From a virus (taxonomy: Duplodnaviria; Heunggongvirae; Uroviricota; Caudoviricetes): a DNA stretch of 64,000 bases. The notes under the pieces were generated by a model. That model worked only from the letters and a program-made list of their open reading frames with translations. It did no database searches and had not been told where the DNA came from. Position numbers and translations under genes: made by a program. Within the stretch, counting starts at the first letter, position 1; each line of letters opens with the position of its first letter. Shown in pieces: positions 28,690 through 38,335 of the stretch. The stretch lies in IMG/VR virus record IMGVR_UViG_3300049489_000540; one strand, given 5' to 3'.

Positions 28690-29106
28690 ATGGCAAAAGA
28701 ATTCCATACTGGCGATCTGGTCTGGGTCGATAAAAAGAAAGTGCCATCACATTTTACTGGTGATTGTTATGCACTGGTGTTGGAGAAGTCCAATCATTTA
28801 GATGATTATTCTTTAATGTTACATGGCACGGATTTTCATGCGTGGTATCCAGCCGAATGTCTTGAATTGATTCAAGAGGGTAATTTCCAACTGTTGCAGC
28901 AAAAAGAAAAAGAGTTGAAAGCTGCTAACGAAAAACCATACATCAGCCATGTTGTTGTCTCGACGGAACAAAGATACAATCCCGAATATGGGGATGAACG
29001 CATTTGCACATGTGGTCATGTCTATCGTCGCCACTTCGATACCTACGATAATATGGCAGCTATTGGCTGCAAATATTGCCAGTGCCGTACATTCGTTGAG
29101 GCTTAA
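28690..29106 (+). CDS. hypothetical protein with C-terminal Cys cluster
   Basis: 138 aa; CTCGHVYRRHFDTYDNMAAIGCKYCQC. Confidence 0.5.
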   Translation: MAKEFHTGDLVWVDKKKVPSHFTGDCYALVLEKSNHLDDYSLMLHGTDFHAWYPAECLELIQEGNFQLLQQKEKELKAANEKPYISHVVVSTEQRYNPEYGDERICTCGHVYRRHFDTYDNMAAIGCKYCQCRTFVEA

Positions 29107-29111
29107 CACCG

Positions 29112-29285
29112 ATGATTAAAACATTTGAAGATTTCATCAAGTACGCCAACAAAACTCCAGAATTACTATCATTGCTCTATGATTTGGGGCTTATGCCTGA
29201 GCAACTCAATACTCCCGAAGAAAAGCGAGCATTCTTGGCATGCTGCATTGGCTATGCGTTGGGGAAGGGCGGGAAGGATGAATAA
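29112..29285 (+). CDS. small hypothetical protein (alternative to the track ORF 29125..29316)
   Basis: 57 aa MIKTFEDFIKYANKTPELLSLLYDLGLMPEQLNTPEEKRAFLACCIGYALGKGGKDE reads as a real protein whereas the overlapping-frame track ORF is low-complexity. Confidence 0.35.
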   Translation: MIKTFEDFIKYANKTPELLSLLYDLGLMPEQLNTPEEKRAFLACCIGYALGKGGKDE

Positions 29286-29290
29286 AACCA

Positions 29291-29635
29291 TTACGGCATT
29301 AAATAGAAAACAGTAAGTTGTTTTTCAACATGCTGTTGAGCATCTTCTTTCGTTTTGAACATACCTATTTCAAGTGTTAATACGGCATGGTGATCATCAA
29401 TGTGTGGCATCGGTCGCCCCAACCAATAATCGCCGCGCCTGGTTACAGATCCATGTACATTACCAAGATTCGATGTTGGGCGTATTACCAAATAATACAG
29501 ATCATCTGTATCTTTGACCCACCGCAACATCAAATGCTCGCGTTTTCTAAACTGGTCTACTGTTTTTTCAGCAGCGGCAAGTAGCTCTTGTAATTCTGCA
29601 TTCTGCTTTTCTAGCTGTTCAATGTACTTATTCAT
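29291..29635 (-). CDS. family-1 protein
   Basis: N-term MNKYIEQLEKQNAELQELLAAAEK from the internal ATG at 29635; 8-nt overlap with upstream gene. Confidence 0.6.
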   Translation of the reverse strand: MNKYIEQLEKQNAELQELLAAAEKTVDQFRKREHLMLRWVKDTDDLYYLVIRPTSNLGNVHGSVTRRGDYWLGRPMPHIDDHHAVLTLEIGMFKTKEDAQQHVEKQLTVFYLMP

Positions 29636-29942
29636 TTTTGAGTTTTCGTAAAATAACATTAAACATGACTTTTTCGACATGTTCTTTACATTGTGACAAC
29701 GACTTACCTCTGGTCCCTTCCATGATAATGCCTGTTTCTGTATCGGAAACCAAAACATGCACACCATATGAGATATTATAATTTTTATCAACTTTATATA
29801 TCTGTGCAAGGTGAATACCCATGAAAATATAGGCTCCATTTGACCATCGTGGAGTATATACATGTTGCTTCGTCAACTCATTGGACAGTTGCTCTTGCAA
29901 CTCTTCACACCGCTTCTCAAGCTGCTCTGTGTATTTACTCAA
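29628..29942 (-). CDS. family-1 protein, probable TTG start
   Basis: (M/L)SKYTEQLEKRCEELQEQLSNELTKQ; TTG at 29942 preceded by GAAGGA SD; the track ORF start at 30047 is also TTG and lies upstream of the motif. Confidence 0.5.
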   Translation of the reverse strand: MSKYTEQLEKRCEELQEQLSNELTKQHVYTPRWSNGAYIFMGIHLAQIYKVDKNYNISYGVHVLVSDTETGIIMEGTRGKSLSQCKEHVEKVMFNVILRKLKNE

Positions 29943-30747
29943 AGCGTATCCTTCTAAAGTATCTTGGAGTATATTCGTCAGAACATAGTGCCCGATTGTC
30001 TCCACACGATACAACAGTAGCACCACAATCATTGCCTTTACTTCCAATGTATGTTATCAATGCTGTTTTTTCCGATGTCATTTTCGAATCTACAATGAAA
30101 GAAAATCTGCCTCTTTGCATACTGGAAAATCTGCTATTCACACTAAACTTATGAATATCATTTGTTATGATAGAACTATTATCATATTTAATTATATCAT
30201 CCCAAAGATGTGAGCTTACTAGACATACATTTCCAGCCCCCCTTCTCGTATCTCTGGCAATTTTATTTGACTCAATAACAAATAAGGTCAATGCGTCAGG
30301 TAATTTTGCTAATGGATATGCAGTTAATTCTCCGAAGTTCCAAAATTGTTTGTATACATCAAATGGATTTATGTTTGGTTTAAGAGTACATGCTATTTTG
30401 TGTATTGTAAGTCCCATGTAATTAGTAGTAGCACCATTATTATCATAGACATAACGCAAAAAATAAGCATGCGCCTCCGTGACATCCTTTTGATCTATAA
30501 CTTGTTGAGGTATTATTTTATATACCTCTGCGTGCAATTGATACAAATATGTATCCCATTCCATCAGAAGACTATCAAGGTATTCTATACCAGTTTCGTA
30601 ATGGCTGAATGAACCATCGTGCTGTGGTTGTATGACACCTGTAAATTGTGTGTCTATTGACTTAATGTTGTTTAAGAGTGTTTCTGCACGAAACACTCGT
30701 TGCTGATAAGCCTCTTTCAATTCATGTAAATATTGTTCTTTATACAC
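29935..30747 (-). CDS. hypothetical protein (270 aa; weak family-1-like N-terminus)
   Basis: N-term MYKEQYLHELKEAYQQRVFRAETLL. Confidence 0.5.
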   Translation of the reverse strand: MYKEQYLHELKEAYQQRVFRAETLLNNIKSIDTQFTGVIQPQHDGSFSHYETGIEYLDSLLMEWDTYLYQLHAEVYKIIPQQVIDQKDVTEAHAYFLRYVYDNNGATTNYMGLTIHKIACTLKPNINPFDVYKQFWNFGELTAYPLAKLPDALTLFVIESNKIARDTRRGAGNVCLVSSHLWDDIIKYDNSSIITNDIHKFSVNSRFSSMQRGRFSFIVDSKMTSEKTALITYIGSKGNDCGATVVSCGDNRALCSDEYTPRYFRRIRFE

Positions 30748-31051
30748 GGCGACCTCTTAATTGCTTCATGACTTCTCTTTCAACCCATTCCTTAGCTGTT
30801 TCAACATTGGCATATATATTCGTCACAAACTGATGTACCGCACTGTATCCCATTGCGATATGTCCAGCACGATAGGTATTTTCTTCACACATCAGGTCAT
30901 TGACGTATCCATATGTGCAGACACCATTCGTGTAATCCCACGCATGACCATCTTGATTACACACCCATCGAGGAACCCACATAGCTTGCTCGATGCACAA
31001 CGACTCTAGCTGTTCGCATCGTTTCTCTAGCTGTTCTACATATTCGCTCAT
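30740..31051 (-). CDS. family-1 protein
   Basis: MSEYVEQLEKRCEQLESLCIEQAMWVPRW from the ATG at 31051; ATGA overlap with upstream gene at 31048. Confidence 0.6.
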   Translation of the reverse strand: MSEYVEQLEKRCEQLESLCIEQAMWVPRWVCNQDGHAWDYTNGVCTYGYVNDLMCEENTYRAGHIAMGYSAVHQFVTNIYANVETAKEWVEREVMKQLRGRRV

Positions 31052-31494
31052 GTTGGCTCTTCTGGCATCCATAGGTAAATATTTTTTGGTGGTGTGATTG
31101 GAATTGGAGCCATATATCTAGATCCAGGGACTACCATGCAGGTTCTAGCATCCATAACCTGACACAATACTGCCATTTCTATGAAAAAACTAATTCTTAC
31201 AATTGTATGTGATTCCATGATAAATCGTAATGCAGATGATTCGTTTTTAAAGTATTCAAGTCCTTTAAGTTTGAGTAATTTTATCGTATCTCGAAATTCT
31301 GGTCGAGTCAAACTGAATGTTACACGGTTATATGTACGCACATCTTCCATTTCGACACGCATTGTGTATAAAAAACACCTATTACGCCTACGCCGGTTTT
31401 CATTATCCGAAATATTGATATATGTTAGAGCATCTGCAAGTAGCTCTTGCAACTCGGCATTCTGCTTCTCTAGTTGTTCACAATAGTTAGCCAA
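31048..31494 (-). CDS. family-1 protein
   Basis: N-term MANYCEQLEKQNAELQELLADALTYINIS. Confidence 0.65.
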   Translation of the reverse strand: MANYCEQLEKQNAELQELLADALTYINISDNENRRRRNRCFLYTMRVEMEDVRTYNRVTFSLTRPEFRDTIKLLKLKGLEYFKNESSALRFIMESHTIVRISFFIEMAVLCQVMDARTCMVVPGSRYMAPIPITPPKNIYLWMPEEPT

Positions 31495-31813
31495 GGAATA
31501 TTTTCCTTATAATTAACTTTTCCATAACTCGTTCAACATGATTTTTACATTGAGTCAATGATTTTCCTTTCGTTCCCCCTCTTATAGTACCGGCATTCAA
31601 ATCTTTGGTTTTTAATGGTATACCATATACAATAGTGAAGCTATCTCCATTCGGTAGGATTTCAGCCAGCGATATATCTAAAAATACATAGTGGTGATGA
31701 TTGGCAGTTTTTCTCCATATAGGCACATATTTGCTGTGTTTCGTCATTAATTCTGACAGTTGCTCCTGCAACTCGTCACACCGCTTCTCTAATTCATCAA
31801 CATATATACTCAT
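31487..31813 (-). CDS. family-1 protein
   Basis: N-term MSIYVDELEKRCDELQEQLSELMTKH. Confidence 0.65.
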   Translation of the reverse strand: MSIYVDELEKRCDELQEQLSELMTKHSKYVPIWRKTANHHHYVFLDISLAEILPNGDSFTIVYGIPLKTKDLNAGTIRGGTKGKSLTQCKNHVERVMEKLIIRKIFLG

Positions 31814-31821
31814 AATTTCCT

Positions 31822-32304
31822 TTAAGTCATAACCACGATAGGATGCTTATTTCGTATTATCGAATACAGATGTTGAAAGACTCTATCTTCGTCAATAGTA
31901 TTTAAAAAATTATCAAGCAAATAAAGTTTATATACGACATTTATTCTTTGAAATTCCGAGAATGTTTTCATACCCGGTATAAGTCGTTTCATGCCAGGAA
32001 AAGCCGTACAGAGCAGCGTATTCTCTGGATCCGATGTGTATATGTTTTTTAGGGCTGTCGTATGCCCCTCTCGTCGCCCCATATTAAGTCGAATTGTAAA
32101 CAATTCGCGGACGCGATTTTGATCAATGGAATATGTAGTATTAGTGACAATCTTATCGATACTTTTACGCTTCATGTCGATAGCCATGCGCAGTATATTC
32201 TCAAGCGACGGTTCACGCCGTGCCAATTCAGCTTCTAGCTGCGCTTGTTTCTCTTCTAGCTGCTCAACATGCTGTTCAAGTTGTTCGATATACTTCACGA
32301 TCAA
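31822..32304 (-). CDS. family-1 protein
   Basis: N-term MIVKYIEQLEQHVEQLEEKQAQLEAELARREP. Confidence 0.65.
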   Translation of the reverse strand: MIVKYIEQLEQHVEQLEEKQAQLEAELARREPSLENILRMAIDMKRKSIDKIVTNTTYSIDQNRVRELFTIRLNMGRREGHTTALKNIYTSDPENTLLCTAFPGMKRLIPGMKTFSEFQRINVVYKLYLLDNFLNTIDEDRVFQHLYSIIRNKHPIVVMT

Positions 32305-32629
32305 GTCTCTCTAAGGTTTTAAAATAAAATTTTTGTACGGCATCCATCGCATCGTTGATACATTTATAATCGGATCTTATTGCGCCACCACACCAAAAAT
32401 TTGTTAAGTTACAACTATGTTCGTTCTCTATTACAACTGTAGCGATAAGATTTCCGACACTATTTGTAGCAATATATTTGACACCCATGGGATTTTCTTC
32501 TTTTCGCCAGTGGACACTAGACATCATTTGTCTATATGGCGACAAATCCTCGACCATTTTATGACTGATCGCCAATTCCTCTTCAAGATCATGAATATGC
32601 TGTTCGAGCGCGTTCACATATGACGGCAT
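32276..32629 (-). CDS. family-1 protein
   Basis: N-term MPSYVNALEQHIHDLEEELAISHKMVEDL. Confidence 0.65.
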   Translation of the reverse strand: MPSYVNALEQHIHDLEEELAISHKMVEDLSPYRQMMSSVHWRKEENPMGVKYIATNSVGNLIATVVIENEHSCNLTNFWCGGAIRSDYKCINDAMDAVQKFYFKTLERLDREVYRTT

Positions 32630-32740
32630 CGTGATAGCTTATCTATATATAAAAATTAGCAAGAAGATTATAAAGACATACAACACAAGTCATTAAGCAA
32701 GACATTGACAATATAGAATGATAATGTAATATGCGTCCGC

Positions 32741-33172
32741 TTGCATAGTTATACTACCAATCTTGAGCAGCATGTTGAGCAACTTCAAGAGTTGCTTGCA
32801 GCCGAACAAGCTGCGCACGCTCATACTAAAGTCTGGTCTGATCAGCGTATTGTACTATCATATAAAGCGTACTATATAATCATAACGACACTTAAATCAC
32901 GCATACGATCCAGAGAACTAACACGGGCTGGCGCAAAAGAATGTTTCCGCAACAGAAGATTTACATTATCCGATCAATTGAAAATTATAGGAAGATATTA
33001 CGATGCCAATTTCTATGCCTTTATAAACAGTCTCGATGATGTCTTAAATATACAACTTTCAATATCCAATGTAAAACCCATAAAAAGTTCAGATGGAATT
33101 CATTATAATTACACCGTATCAAATTACACAGAAATATATCTCTACATGAAATCACATGCCGTATACACATGA
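32741..33172 (+). CDS. family-1 protein
   Basis: N-term MHSYTTNLEQHVEQLQELLAAEQAAHAHTKVW. Confidence 0.65.
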   Translation: MHSYTTNLEQHVEQLQELLAAEQAAHAHTKVWSDQRIVLSYKAYYIIITTLKSRIRSRELTRAGAKECFRNRRFTLSDQLKIIGRYYDANFYAFINSLDDVLNIQLSISNVKPIKSSDGIHYNYTVSNYTEIYLYMKSHAVYT

Positions 33173-33551
33173 TCTAGAAAAGCATATTGACGAGTTGCAA
33201 GAGTTGCTTGCAGCCGAACAAGAGCGTTCCAAGTGGCTGGAAGCCTGGGCGGATCAACGAGTCAATTATGGTAAGAAATTTTACTCGATGGTCGCAAACG
33301 TTGGCTACATGCACATACAATCCGCATATTTTACAAAATCCATTGCTAGGTCGTTTTTTTCGCCGGAATTACCACCACCAAGTAATCGTTTATCGACACT
33401 ATTGTCTACATATTTTACTGCTTCGATAAGTGAGAAAAATCTTGTGTCACTTCATTTGATTATAGGCTACCAGAAAATATTCCGTAGAGTTAACCGTCCT
33501 ACATATATTGAAACAAAATCAAAAGAAATATTGCTGTACAAGAAATTTTAA
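33156..33551 (+). CDS. family-1 protein
   Basis: N-term MPYTHDLEKHIDELQELLAAEQERSKWLEAW. Confidence 0.65.
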   Translation: MPYTHDLEKHIDELQELLAAEQERSKWLEAWADQRVNYGKKFYSMVANVGYMHIQSAYFTKSIARSFFSPELPPPSNRLSTLLSTYFTASISEKNLVSLHLIIGYQKIFRRVNRPTYIETKSKEILLYKKF

Positions 33552-33967
33552 GTCGATTGATTTATGTTTTTGATATGAGTATGAATAAGTTTTCTGGTGA
33601 GTTTCGGACACCAATGTATCATGGCAGCTTCGAATTCTTCCTCAATATACTTCTTCATTGAACGAATATCATGTGATTCAACTATGTCTTTCATTGGATT
33701 GATGCTGTTCAAATAAAAAGACTTAATTCTGCATTTACCAGTTCTTTTTTCTTCTGCTAAAATAGCAAATGTACAAACCGATGATTTGAAAATATGTTGA
33801 ACGCTTGGTCTTTCAAAGTCTGGTGATGGTGAAAATGTATCTGGTCCCACATACCATTCAGGTAGCAGCGCCCCAAGCAAGAAAGCATATTCTTCACATA
33901 ATGTGGACTTTTCTTGAAGTTCCTCAATATGACTTTCAAGTTGCTGAATATACGCATCTTTTGACAT
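33548..33967 (-). CDS. family-1 protein
   Basis: MSKDAYIQQLESHIEELQEKSTLCEEY from an internal Met; ATGA overlap with the convergent gene end. Confidence 0.55.
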   Translation of the reverse strand: MSKDAYIQQLESHIEELQEKSTLCEEYAFLLGALLPEWYVGPDTFSPSPDFERPSVQHIFKSSVCTFAILAEEKRTGKCRIKSFYLNSINPMKDIVESHDIRSMKKYIEEEFEAAMIHWCPKLTRKLIHTHIKNINQST

Positions 33968-34085
33968 GGTAAGCATCCTAGCATCTTTGTCGCACATATC
34001 AAGCGTGTCATCCACTATCGGCTTTAAAAAACTTTATGGTGGCTATTTCAGAATATGATGATAAGGTCCGCAGCACGGAGGACGT

Positions 34086-34400
34086 ATGGCAAATATTCAA
34101 TTGAAGTCGATTGGTGAAATCGTCGCATTGGTTAAACAGAAGGCTGAATTACCTGATGAAGTCATCGAAAAGCTGAATACCATGCTATTCAATGCGACCT
34201 ACAATGCCAACACTGACCATGGCATGCAGTACCTTTCCATTCATGCGGAAGACCTCAAACCGGCAAAGAATGTTCCACTTCCACTTATCGCAGCGATTCT
34301 ATGCAATGCTGGCTGGAGCGCCAAGTTCGAATCGTGTCAGCGGGATGGTTCGTGGGTTCATGTCGATCTGCCGCTGATCCCATTGGCAAAGTTAAAGTAA
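34086..34400 (+). CDS. hypothetical protein
   Basis: 104-aa ORF, GC-richer island. Confidence 0.5.
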   Translation: MANIQLKSIGEIVALVKQKAELPDEVIEKLNTMLFNATYNANTDHGMQYLSIHAEDLKPAKNVPLPLIAAILCNAGWSAKFESCQRDGSWVHVDLPLIPLAKLK

Positions 34401-34410
34401 GGACCGCACC

Positions 34411-34617
34411 ATGCTCTATGCTCTTGATCCCGTGAAGGTGCGTGCCACTCCTGAATGCAGAGCAAGCACAGCCATTGCCGAAGCAAAGGCTCTATCATAT
34501 ACGCTCGGTACATGTATTGTTCATTTGTATATACCTGGATCGGGATTGCATATCATCGAAGGTGATAGTGTGAAAATGCAATCAAATCTCAAGTCAAGTG
34601 AGGATTCGGGATTATGA
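34411..34617 (+). CDS. hypothetical small protein
   Basis: 68-aa ORF, ATGA overlap with next. Confidence 0.4.
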   Translation: MLYALDPVKVRATPECRASTAIAEAKALSYTLGTCIVHLYIPGSGLHIIEGDSVKMQSNLKSSEDSGL

Positions 34618-35039
34618 ATTACAATGATTACAAGCTGCATGCTATTCTCTATGCCAAGGGGCATTACAAGCAAGATCGTAAGATGACGGGTCTGCGTATC
34701 ATTGTTGGGCATTATGCATGTATGGATCCCCAACATATTGATGATGAACACTTGATGCATTTCGCACTCATGCTGCTGGAAGAATTCACCCCCGCTTCTA
34801 AAAAGAATGTGAGCGATGTCATATTCGCTACATTCAAAGATTGCTGGATGTGGCGACCACGCCGCAGAGTCTTCAATAGGATTCATCACATCAATCGGCT
34901 GGACATCGTGCAAGGCGTCTTAATGGTGCTGCGCCACATCATGGTCAAGGATCTTCCACCACTTCCGGTTGCTGATGAAAAAGTTGCGCCACTCAAGGTT
35001 AAGGTCAAGTATCCTTTACCAAACAAGGATGTTGATTGA
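34614..35039 (+). CDS. hypothetical protein
   Basis: 141-aa ORF. Confidence 0.5.
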   Translation: MNYNDYKLHAILYAKGHYKQDRKMTGLRIIVGHYACMDPQHIDDEHLMHFALMLLEEFTPASKKNVSDVIFATFKDCWMWRPRRRVFNRIHHINRLDIVQGVLMVLRHIMVKDLPPLPVADEKVAPLKVKVKYPLPNKDVD

Positions 35040-35142
35040 CCATTCAGATCATACAAACCCATTCCAACACACACATTACAAAATCCTCTTGATTCTTTCT
35101 TGATCGTGTTATTATATAGGTCACCCGCCAGAAAGGCATAAT

Positions 35143-35586
35143 ATGAGTACCATTACGGAAACCATCAACGAAATCAGCCAAGCCGCCAAGCCGCGCCAGG
35201 AAATGCGCGTCATCAAGTCGATCCAGCCAGGGCAGATGATCCGCCAAGGCGACATCTATCTCGTCTGCATCAGCGGCATGACGGACATCAAGGTGTTCGA
35301 CAACATCAAGGTCACCGTCGCTGAATACACCAAGCCCGTCAAGACCAACAAGAAGCATCACCAGCTTGTGCCTGGCTCCACCATGGGCAGCCGCCACATG
35401 GTCGATTCCAAGGTCATGATGTCGCTCAACCCCACCAACAAGAGCAGCCTCGTCGGTCCCATCTTACGCTCGGTCGAAGCGTTCGAAGTGACCCACCCCG
35501 AACACGCTCACTTCCGCATGCCCGCTGGTGAATACCTCGTCTGCTACCAGTTGAACGACAAGACGAAGGAACGGGTCAAGGACTAA
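35143..35586 (+). CDS. hypothetical protein (GC-rich)
   Basis: 147-aa ORF, ~55% GC. Confidence 0.55.
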   Translation: MSTITETINEISQAAKPRQEMRVIKSIQPGQMIRQGDIYLVCISGMTDIKVFDNIKVTVAEYTKPVKTNKKHHQLVPGSTMGSRHMVDSKVMMSLNPTNKSSLVGPILRSVEAFEVTHPEHAHFRMPAGEYLVCYQLNDKTKERVKD

Positions 35587-35625
35587 TCGGTTCAAACGCA
35601 GCATCATAGACGCTAAAGGAAAACC

Positions 35626-36540
35626 ATGATCCAGAAGCTGACCGTTGAGCAAATCAACTTGTTCCCCCATTATGTTGAAAAGTGGACCAAGCACGGCTAC
35701 GACACTTCACCACTTGATCCCGTAGCCGTGAAGTCAGCTATCGAAAAGCTGTACACATGCGGCGGCTTGAAGCCACCCGAAAAGATTGTGTTGTGTCGCG
35801 GTCCAATCGAAGCGATCCTCACCGTCAACATGTACTTCTTCAAGAAGGAAAATCCGAAGGCGACGAAGAAGGAAATCATCGCTTTCGCCAAGAAAAACAG
35901 CGTATTCACATCATGTGGCTATGGAAGCTTCGACGCTAGCTGGGTCAGCTTCTATGATTTCTTCCAGAACGAAACCGATATCGGCAATCTGGATATCATC
36001 AATGGTATCAAGGAAACCACGCTTGCGTGTGGCTGGTATTGGGCATATTCTGATATCTGCTTCGTCAGCGAAAAGCCGTACATTCTCAAGGTCAATGATG
36101 TGAATATGCTGCATTGCGAAGATGGTCCAGCCCTGGCATATCACGACGGCACCGAATTGTATTTTTACAACGGTGTTATGATGGACAAGGAAACCATCTG
36201 CAATCACGCTTCGATCACGCCCGAGTCGATCAACAACACCGACAACGAAGAACAGAAGCGCATCAAGATCGAAATCTACGGCGTCAACAAGTACCTCGAA
36301 GATATCAAGGCTGATGTGATCGACATGGATATGGTCAAGATCAACAGCTACGACAAGGACTCCGACGCCATTCCTCGCGCACTGATCAAGGACAAGGACG
36401 GCAACCACTACCTCGTCGGCACGGACGGATCCACGGAACGCACGTACTACATGAACGTGCCGAACACCGTCAAGACTTGTGCCGCAGCCCACAACGCTAT
36501 CGCACCGCTTAAAGAGAGCAACTGCATAGCCTCGTCGTAG
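35626..36540 (+). CDS. hypothetical protein (GC-rich)
   Basis: 304-aa ORF. Confidence 0.55.
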   Translation: MIQKLTVEQINLFPHYVEKWTKHGYDTSPLDPVAVKSAIEKLYTCGGLKPPEKIVLCRGPIEAILTVNMYFFKKENPKATKKEIIAFAKKNSVFTSCGYGSFDASWVSFYDFFQNETDIGNLDIINGIKETTLACGWYWAYSDICFVSEKPYILKVNDVNMLHCEDGPALAYHDGTELYFYNGVMMDKETICNHASITPESINNTDNEEQKRIKIEIYGVNKYLEDIKADVIDMDMVKINSYDKDSDAIPRALIKDKDGNHYLVGTDGSTERTYYMNVPNTVKTCAAAHNAIAPLKESNCIASS

Positions 36541-36547
36541 TGGTCAG

Positions 36548-36817
36548 ATGAAACGCAAAAAATGCTTTCAGAACCGTCTCTGTGATGCTAGTGTCATGGA
36601 GACGGTTTATACAAAACAACTTGATAGCTGTTATGCGAAAAGGCATGATGCTGGATATATTGCTTGGATCCCAGCGAGAGATAATATTTTACACAATGTT
36701 GGAACAAATCTATGGGAAAATATCGCAGAACATATACGCAATAAAGTTTCAGCACATATACTAAAGGATATATACACAAAGTCACAGCTTGAAGCAGCTT
36801 ACGGTAACTTATTATGA
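36548..36817 (+). CDS. family-2 mini-protein (divergent body, conserved C-terminal helix)
   Basis: ends ...TKSQLEAAYGNLL; ATGA overlap with next gene. Confidence 0.6.
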   Translation: MKRKKCFQNRLCDASVMETVYTKQLDSCYAKRHDAGYIAWIPARDNILHNVGTNLWENIAEHIRNKVSAHILKDIYTKSQLEAAYGNLL

Positions 36818-37062
36818 TGATAGTGAGCGATAATGTTTGGTGTAAAATAGCACACGATATTTCGCTTCGTCTTGCTGATATTTTATCAAAAAGGGATATT
36901 GAACATTCTGCTCAATACGATGTTATTAATAATGTCAGGACATTGGTTCATAACAATGTTATAGATAATGTTAAAGACCATGTTAGTACATATGCCAGTT
37001 GTTACACAAAACCAACCAGATCACAGCTTGAAGCAGCTTACAAGGTCTTGGGGCAGATATGA
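36814..37062 (+). CDS. family-2 mini-protein
   Basis: V-x-x-N/H tetrapeptide repeats; ends TRSQLEAAYKVLGQI; ATGA overlap. Confidence 0.65.
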   Translation: MMIVSDNVWCKIAHDISLRLADILSKRDIEHSAQYDVINNVRTLVHNNVIDNVKDHVSTYASCYTKPTRSQLEAAYKVLGQI

Positions 37063-37313
37063 AACTTGTTAGCGTTTATGAAGATGTTAGTGCGAATGTT
37101 TACCAGAATGTCATGACCGCTGTCTGGGATAATATCAGGACTAATGTCAAGGATAATGTCTGGAATACTGTCAGAAATAATGTCTGGAATAATATCTGGA
37201 ATAATATCTGGAATAATACCAAGATTAATGTTGAGGATAATGTCAGGAATACTATCAGAAATGATGTCGTTGCTGATTCGCAGCTTGAAGCAGCTTACGG
37301 TAACTTGTTGTAG
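37059..37313 (+). CDS. family-2 mini-protein
   Basis: VWDNIRTNVKDNVWNTVRNNVWNNIWNNIWNN tetrapeptide repeats; ends DSQLEAAYGNLL. Confidence 0.65.
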   Translation: MKLVSVYEDVSANVYQNVMTAVWDNIRTNVKDNVWNTVRNNVWNNIWNNIWNNTKINVEDNVRNTIRNDVVADSQLEAAYGNLL

Positions 37314-37627
37314 CTCGATCGCGTCTTAAGATACATGATCACCAATAGACCAAGAGCCATTGGTGTAGAAAGCCACCATGGCATCCAATTGTTGCTGATG
37401 ATTTGGATATATTGTTCTTTACCAATAATATCTTGATTTATACTTATTGCGAGTATTCCCACAATTGTTCCAGCATCAAATCCTCGCATGTAGTCTTCTT
37501 GTACTTTTGCGGCTTTGAAGAAGAAATGTCGAAGAATAACAAATATCACAAGAAGTGTTACTATATACATATTATCACTCCTTCGGCTTTTCGACTGATG
37601 CTTTTGGTGTGTATGGCATGATGCCAC
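37295..37627 (-). CDS. small integral membrane protein
   Basis: 110 aa with 3 hydrophobic segments. Confidence 0.45.
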   Translation of the reverse strand: MASCHTHQKHQSKSRRSDNMYIVTLLVIFVILRHFFFKAAKVQEDYMRGFDAGTIVGILAISINQDIIGKEQYIQIISNNWMPWWLSTPMALGLLVIMYLKTRSSYNKLP

Positions 37628-37850
37628 CAGCGGAAGTCATCAAGAATTGCTGTCCTTGTGGATCAGTTAAAAGATATACTTTAGGAGCAGCCACCTTTGG
37701 AATAAGGTCAGTTGTGCATGACCAATCAGGCTGGATTGGTTTTGTTTGCGTTGTTGGTTCTCCTTGCAACATTAATGCCGAAAGGATAACCACGACACAT
37801 GCAGCGACAACGCCAATGGCAATCGCAGCGTCTTTTGTAATTAATGTCAT
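37575..37850 (-). CDS. single-TM protein, paralog of 44091..44369
   Basis: N-terminal TM AIAIGVVAACVVVILSAL; shared C-terminal motif GQQFLM...MPYTPKA versus GQQFMV...LPYTVPA. Confidence 0.5.
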   Translation of the reverse strand: MTLITKDAAIAIGVVAACVVVILSALMLQGEPTTQTKPIQPDWSCTTDLIPKVAAPKVYLLTDPQGQQFLMTSAGGIMPYTPKASVEKPKE

Positions 37851-37988
37851 GGTGATTCCTTGGTTATTTGAATACTATCGAAGTGTTTCTTAGCGGTGTA
37901 TACATGTATTCCGATAACGATACAACTTACCAGGCACACGACAAAAAGCGCATATGCTGATATAAGTACCATTTTCTCATACGGACTC

Positions 37989-38267
37989 TTAAGATGCATC
38001 ATTCTCTTTTTCCTTTAAAAGTTTTGCATACAACATATCTGCATGTCGTATGGCTTGAACCATATTCTTACCATAATCAGCAACAGCAATCTTGGGTCCG
38101 TAGATATGACATATCCAGCCATCTATATAGCGGCGACACCGTACCTTTTTTTTAATTTGCTGGGGGTTTATCGGTCTTGACATGTGCTTCAAATCACGGA
38201 GCATGTTGGAAACAGCCCATTCCATGTCTCGCATTTTGTGAAGCCTTCGACAGTACGCTTGATGCAT
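37989..38267 (-). CDS. hypothetical basic protein
   Basis: 92-aa ORF. Confidence 0.4.
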   Translation of the reverse strand: MHQAYCRRLHKMRDMEWAVSNMLRDLKHMSRPINPQQIKKKVRCRRYIDGWICHIYGPKIAVADYGKNMVQAIRHADMLYAKLLKEKENDAS

Positions 38268-38335
38268 AGTTGTAGTATCCTATCGTCATTTTATAGCTCT
38301 GCAACACTTTAATTATCTGCTATTAATAGCAACCA

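Noticed and set aside
29125-29316. 63-aa track ORF MKISSSTPTKLQNYYHCSMIWGLCLSNS...
   Set aside because: A different frame (29112..29285) gives a more protein-like 57-aa product. The track ORF is probably the wrong frame, though neither is certain.
35911-36492. 193-aa - ORF and the 35786..36103 + Arg/Ser-rich ORF
   Set aside because: These are antisense or alternative frames within the GC-rich gene 35626..36540.
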